DNA of 64,000 bases, taken from Alphaproteobacteria bacterium. GTDB taxonomy: Bacteria; Pseudomonadota; Alphaproteobacteria; Rickettsiales; SXRF01. Position 1 is the first letter of the stretch. Each line of letters opens with the position of its first letter. Below the pieces are notes generated by a model. That model was not told the origin of the DNA. It did no database searches and was given only the letters and a program-made list of their open reading frames with translations. The stretch lies in contig JANYBV010000047.1 of assembly GCA_025360605.1 (NCBI GenBank), forward strand, positions 2,857 through 66,856, given 5' to 3'. The translations under genes and the position numbers were made by a program. Shown one piece after another: positions 60,300 through 64,000 of this stretch.

Positions 60300-60800
60300 A
60301 TGCCCCGTATTGGTATTTACCCCGGCACCTTCGACCCCATCACGGTGGGGCATATGGACATCATCAAGCGTGCGCTACATGTGGTGGACAAGCTGATCAT
60401 CGGCGTGGCGCTGGATACGGGCAAAGAGCCGGTGTTCGACCTGAAAATGCGCAGTACGCTGGTGAAGGAAGATATCAAGAAACTCGGCGCACTGGCGAAG
60501 CGGGTGGAGGTGAAGCCATTTTCCGGACTGTTGATGAAGTTTGCCGAAGACGAGGGCTCACACATCGTCATCCGTGGCCTGCGGGCTATTTCCGACTTTG
60601 AATATGAATTCCAGATGGCCTGCATGAATGCGCGCATGAATCCCGATATCGAAACCGTATTCCTTACCGCCTCCGAAGATACCCACTTTATTTCTTCAAG
60701 GTTCGTCAAGCAGATAGCGCGGCTTGGCGGCGATATTTCCTCGTTTGTCTCCCCCAACGTGGCCAAGCACCTCAAAGCCTATTACAAGACGGGCCGCTAA
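60300..60800 (+). CDS. coaD: phosphopantetheine adenylyltransferase
   Basis: IGIYPGTFDPITVGHMDII and ...RGLRAISDFEYE.... Start chosen at the ATG at 60300. Confidence 0.92.
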   Translation: MPRIGIYPGTFDPITVGHMDIIKRALHVVDKLIIGVALDTGKEPVFDLKMRSTLVKEDIKKLGALAKRVEVKPFSGLLMKFAEDEGSHIVIRGLRAISDFEYEFQMACMNARMNPDIETVFLTASEDTHFISSRFVKQIARLGGDISSFVSPNVAKHLKAYYKTGR

Positions 60801-60896
60801 GGTGTCCCTGTAAGGGCAATTGGTGAGCGCATTTACCTTATTGTGATTGACTTTTCTTTCCCTATTGCCTAATGCCTAGTCCCTAACTTTGATTAT

Positions 60897-60974
60897 GGCG
60901 GGTGTAGCTCAGTTGGTTAGAGTGCCAGATTGTGATTCTGGATGTCGCGGGTTCGACCCCCGTCACTCGCCCCA
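60897..60974 (+). tRNA. tRNA-His (anticodon GTG) with encoded G-1 and C73, CCA encoded
   Basis: Hand-folded cloverleaf: acceptor GCGGGTG/CACTCGC, anticodon loop TTGTGAT, T-loop TTCGACC. The extra 5' G at 60897 lies opposite discriminator C. Confidence 0.9.
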
Positions 60975-61000
60975 TTCCTCCCTTGTCAGGATATGTATAT

Positions 61001-61912
61001 ATGGCCCTCAGGAAAGCCGAAAAGGTCGAAGCGCTCATCCTTGAGCTGAACGCCCATCCGCTCATCGCCGAAAAACTTGCACTGCTGGAAGATCGCGTCA
61101 ACGATTTCGTCTCGCAGTTTGAAATGGGCGTGCCCCATCGCGGAAAAACGCCCGATGCCCCGCGTCTCGCCCACACCGTAGCCTTCGAGCCGCAGGGAAT
61201 GCGCGAACTGGCCGAGGACATCTTCCGCCAGCGCATATCCGTGGACAGATACCTGAACAGCACCATCATGGCCATGCCCGTGGACATCACCGTCAAAGGC
61301 CCCCGCGCCGAGGAATGCGCCGAGCTGCTCACCGACGCGCTTAAATATTCCGGCATTGAATATGGCCAGCAGGTCCACCGCGAGAAAAACGGCGCTTTCT
61401 CCGTCGGCTGCCGCCCGGAAACCGATGCATGGCAGGAGCAGATGGACGCGCTCCACGACTTCGCGCAGGCCAATTTCGACCACCACCGCCTGCTCGCCGC
61501 CACCCATGCCGCCGAGCGTAAATTGAAGTCCCTCGCCAAGGCCCGCCCCGGCCTTGCCGCCAGTACCCAGATCGACAAATCCTACACCAGCAATGCCAAA
61601 GACCACCCCGTGCTGCACCTGCACTACCAGACCGGCGATGAGGCGCTCGTTGCCTTCGCCCGCTCGCAAGGCCCGGAAATCACTGTGCGCAAAATCCGCG
61701 AAGAGGGCAGGGATGCCCATGTCATCAACGCCCATTTTAAAGATGCAGGCCGCGCCGAGCCCAAATGCGCTGCCCTCCTTGCCGAAATACAGGCCAGTGC
61801 CGAGCGCGCGCCCATAGAGCAGGGCTGGCAAACCCGCGAACCCAGCCCTATAGCGGAAAAAGCGGCAAAAATAGGCAAAAGGGCCGACACGCCCACTGTT
61901 CGTGCGCGCTGA
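61001..61912 (+). CDS. hypothetical protein (GC-rich block)
   Basis: 303-aa ORF with high third-position GC. The 360-aa ORF on the opposite strand has Gly/Arg-rich shadow composition. Confidence 0.5.
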   Translation: MALRKAEKVEALILELNAHPLIAEKLALLEDRVNDFVSQFEMGVPHRGKTPDAPRLAHTVAFEPQGMRELAEDIFRQRISVDRYLNSTIMAMPVDITVKGPRAEECAELLTDALKYSGIEYGQQVHREKNGAFSVGCRPETDAWQEQMDALHDFAQANFDHHRLLAATHAAERKLKSLAKARPGLAASTQIDKSYTSNAKDHPVLHLHYQTGDEALVAFARSQGPEITVRKIREEGRDAHVINAHFKDAGRAEPKCAALLAEIQASAERAPIEQGWQTREPSPIAEKAAKIGKRADTPTVRAR

Positions 61913-61913
61913 A

Positions 61914-62522
61914 CTAAAGCCTGCGCCCCACGCCCGTCTCCGCCAGCGATACCTCAATGGGCCGTAGCAGCGTGTCCAGCGAGGCCACCAGCTTCGCCAC
62001 GTTCTCCTGTCCTTTTTCCCCGTGCGCAACCGTGGCGATGGTGTGCTCCGCCACGTCGTCTTTCGCAATCTGGCTTAAGCCCAGCACGCCGCTCGCCCCG
62101 CCGCCCACCAGCTTGAGCACCACCACGGCGGCTTCCGCGCTGCTTTTGCGCTGGCCATAGCGGGCATTCAAATCGTCGCTAAGCTCCCTTGTGCCGGATT
62201 TCACCAGCAGCCCCGCAAGCCCGCACAGCGCCGCACCGGCGCCCGTCCGCAAAAATGCCCGCCGCGAATTGGCAAACAGCGCCATCGCCAGCGCCCGCTC
62301 TTCCGGCTCATTCAGCGTGATGTCCTTTTCGTCCCGCAAAATCGCCAGCCGTGCCTTGTCCCAGAAATCCTCGAACGCCTTATGCCCGCTATGCTCGATC
62401 AGGTTTTTGACGAACCGCTGCCCCACGCTGGACGGCATCTGGCGCACATAGCTGAGGAACGCCTCCTCATTCGCGTGCCGCTGCGCGTCTTCGCTAACCT
62501 CATGCCCCATGCTATGCGCCAC
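61914..62522 (-). CDS. hypothetical protein (internal SRRAFLRTGAGAAL twin-arginine-like segment)
   Basis: 202-aa ORF overlapping the lrp stop by 11 nt. An alternative ATG at 62285 would put the RR motif in an N-terminal signal peptide. Confidence 0.45.
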   Translation of the reverse strand: MAHSMGHEVSEDAQRHANEEAFLSYVRQMPSSVGQRFVKNLIEHSGHKAFEDFWDKARLAILRDEKDITLNEPEERALAMALFANSRRAFLRTGAGAALCGLAGLLVKSGTRELSDDLNARYGQRKSSAEAAVVVLKLVGGGASGVLGLSQIAKDDVAEHTIATVAHGEKGQENVAKLVASLDTLLRPIEVSLAETGVGRRL

Positions 62523-62991
62523 CCTTCACCTCCAGCGGCAGGATATGGCTCTCATACAGGCATTTCATCTCAAACAGGCTCATATATTTTTTCACATGCG
62601 CCTCCTCCACCAGATAGCTCTCCGCAAAGTCATGGTAATGCGCCATATCCTGCGCCACCAGGTGCAGCAAATAGTCATATTCCCCGCTGATAAAGCTGAT
62701 ATGCCGCACCAGCGGGTTTTTCTTGAGCTTCGCCTCGAATTTCTTGAGCTGCGCGCTGTGCTCGTTTTCCATCGCCACCAGCACGAACACCGTAAGCCCA
62801 TATCCCAGCTTCGGCGCATTCAGCACCGCCCGGTATTGCGAGATATAGCCGCGCTTTTCCAGCGAGGCCAGCCGCCGGCTGCACGTGGCCTCCGAAATAT
62901 GGCACCGCGCGGCCAGCACTTTGCGCGCCACCTGCGCGTCGCGCTGCAGGGCGTCTAAAATCCGTAAATCCGTGGCATCGGGCGCGCTCAT
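62512..62991 (-). CDS. lrp: Lrp/AsnC-family transcriptional regulator
   Basis: LDATDLRILDALQRDAQV...ISEATCSRRLASLEKRGYI plus a C-terminal RAM-like domain. ATG at 62991. Confidence 0.85.
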   Translation of the reverse strand: MSAPDATDLRILDALQRDAQVARKVLAARCHISEATCSRRLASLEKRGYISQYRAVLNAPKLGYGLTVFVLVAMENEHSAQLKKFEAKLKKNPLVRHISFISGEYDYLLHLVAQDMAHYHDFAESYLVEEAHVKKYMSLFEMKCLYESHILPLEVKGGA

Positions 62992-63115
62992 GCAAGAATT
63001 TTGCACCAGATGCAATTTTATTGCAAAAACATTCCGTAAGCCCGGGGCATTTTGAATCCAAAAGTCATCCGCCGCTGTCATCCTTAGCCGCACAAACCCT
63101 AAGGAGTAACCCCCA

Positions 63116-63706
63116 ATGTCCCATGAATTCCTGCTCGCCTGGTTCCTCGTCATGTTCCCGCTGGTCTACAGCCCCGGCCCGGCAAACACCATGTTCGCCT
63201 CCAACGGCGCGGCCTATGGGTTCCGCCGCTCCGTGCCATTCATGGCCGGGATCGACATGGGCTTCATCGTCCAGTCGCTCGCCGTGGGCTTCGGCCTCAG
63301 CAGCGCGCTGGTGGCCTTTCCGCAAATGCTCACCCTGTTTCGCGTCATGGGCATCGCCTACATCGCTTATCTCGGCTGCGCCTTCTTCCATGCCGCCATG
63401 GCCAAAACAGCGGAACTCCCGCGCTGCCTGTCCTTCCGCGACGGCCTCATCCTCACCGCCGTAAACCCCAAGGCCTGGGTCATGCAGGTCATGATGTTCA
63501 GCCAGTTTTTCGAAGCCGGGGACGGCTGGATAAGCAGCATCGTGAGCCTCACCGTCCTGCTTTGCGCCCTCAACATCACCGGCCATATTGTCTGGATCTG
63601 CTTCGGCTCCATGCTCATGTCCCACGCCACCCACCGCTTCACCCCGCGCCACCAGAACATGCTCTTTTCCGCCATGCTGTTTGGTTCAATCGTGTTTTTG
63701 CTGTAA
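63116..63706 (+). CDS. LysE/RhtB-family amino-acid exporter
   Basis: 196-aa ORF with 5-6 TM segments and the N-terminal PGPANT motif. It is divergent from lrp. Confidence 0.8.
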   Translation: MSHEFLLAWFLVMFPLVYSPGPANTMFASNGAAYGFRRSVPFMAGIDMGFIVQSLAVGFGLSSALVAFPQMLTLFRVMGIAYIAYLGCAFFHAAMAKTAELPRCLSFRDGLILTAVNPKAWVMQVMMFSQFFEAGDGWISSIVSLTVLLCALNITGHIVWICFGSMLMSHATHRFTPRHQNMLFSAMLFGSIVFLL

Positions 63707-63869
63707 AACCAAGGCAGGCAGCGCCAATGGCCGCGCTGCCTGCCGCCGCAAAAACAAAGCCTTACTAAGCCGCACCTCCCCGCAAAGGGGGCAAAAGCCT
63801 AAGAACCTGCTGGACAAGCCCCGCTTTTTATTTCATCTTTTAGGGCTAAATCATGCCACAGGAGGGGTT

Positions 63870-64000
63870 GTGCAGCAGAATTCACCGAACACGGAGGACA
63901 AAAGCGGCCTCTTTCCGACATCCTTGCTTTTCAGGTCGCTCATTAAAAAAGGCAGCCTCGACATCATCGACGCCAGCGGCCAGAAGCATCATTTCGCGGG
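63870..64000 (+). CDS. 5' partial CDS, possibly a cyclopropane-fatty-acyl-phospholipid synthase-like methyltransferase
   Basis: The open frame from GTG 63870 runs off the window. The peptide ...LFRSLIKKGSLDIIDASGQKHHFA resembles CFA-synthase N-termini. The evidence is weak. Confidence 0.3.
   Translation, partial: MQQNSPNTEDKSGLFPTSLLFRSLIKKGSLDIIDASGQKHHFA

Noticed and set aside
60986-62068. A 360-aa minus-strand ORF overlapping tRNA-His and the 61001-61912 gene.
   Set aside because: The Gly/Arg/Phe-rich composition is typical of an antisense shadow in GC-rich DNA, and it overlaps a tRNA. The plus-strand ORF has protein-like composition.
1-64000. A search for CRISPR arrays, rRNA genes, IS elements with terminal inverted repeats, retron-like RT genes and large tandem repeats.
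   Set aside because: No regularly spaced repeat/spacer array, rRNA-like sequence, transposase or reverse-transcriptase ORF was found by inspection.

Overview
The window looks like a chromosomal segment from an alphaproteobacterium. The evidence is gene content and order (lepA, ccmC, fdxA, carD, uvrA, ssb, cysE-iscR-nifS-iscS-iscU-iscA-hscB-hscA-fdx, pepF, gyrA, coaD) and a tRNA-His with an encoded G-1:C73. I cannot name the species. It splits into three parts. (1) About 1.7-29.9 kb is a mosaic genomic island abutting tRNA-Ala(GGC), with a large serine recombinase near each end. It carries two ParB-like genes, a PIN/Phd toxin-antitoxin pair, and an orphan phage block (terminase large subunit, DUF5681, ParB-domain methyltransferase). 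It also carries a dense stack of nuclease/ATPase defence-type genes. (2) 30-60.9 kb is ordinary housekeeping DNA with a few oddities: CarD with a histone-H1-like tail, two orphan ORFs inside the isc operon, and four phased repeats upstream of a 570-aa orphan gene. (3) After tRNA-His (60.9 kb) comes a visibly more GC-rich block (Lrp/LysE pair plus orphans). My best candidate for an undescribed system is the cassette at 22.2-27.2 kb. It encodes a 1272-aa Rad50/SMC-like ATPase with a CxxC zinc-hook-like motif and two C-terminal LexA/S24-like domains, one keeping the Ser/Lys dyad. A DUF3800 protein follows it. The cassette is bracketed by an imperfect direct repeat with a 17-bp perfect palindromic core. 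Other notable items are a Type ISP restriction enzyme broken by a single in-frame TGA, a DUF3578-HNH + exonuclease I pair, and a four-gene cluster ending in a TIGR04141-like protein. All family assignments come from motif recognition by eye and recall and need HMM or structure confirmation. No CRISPR array or rRNA was seen.
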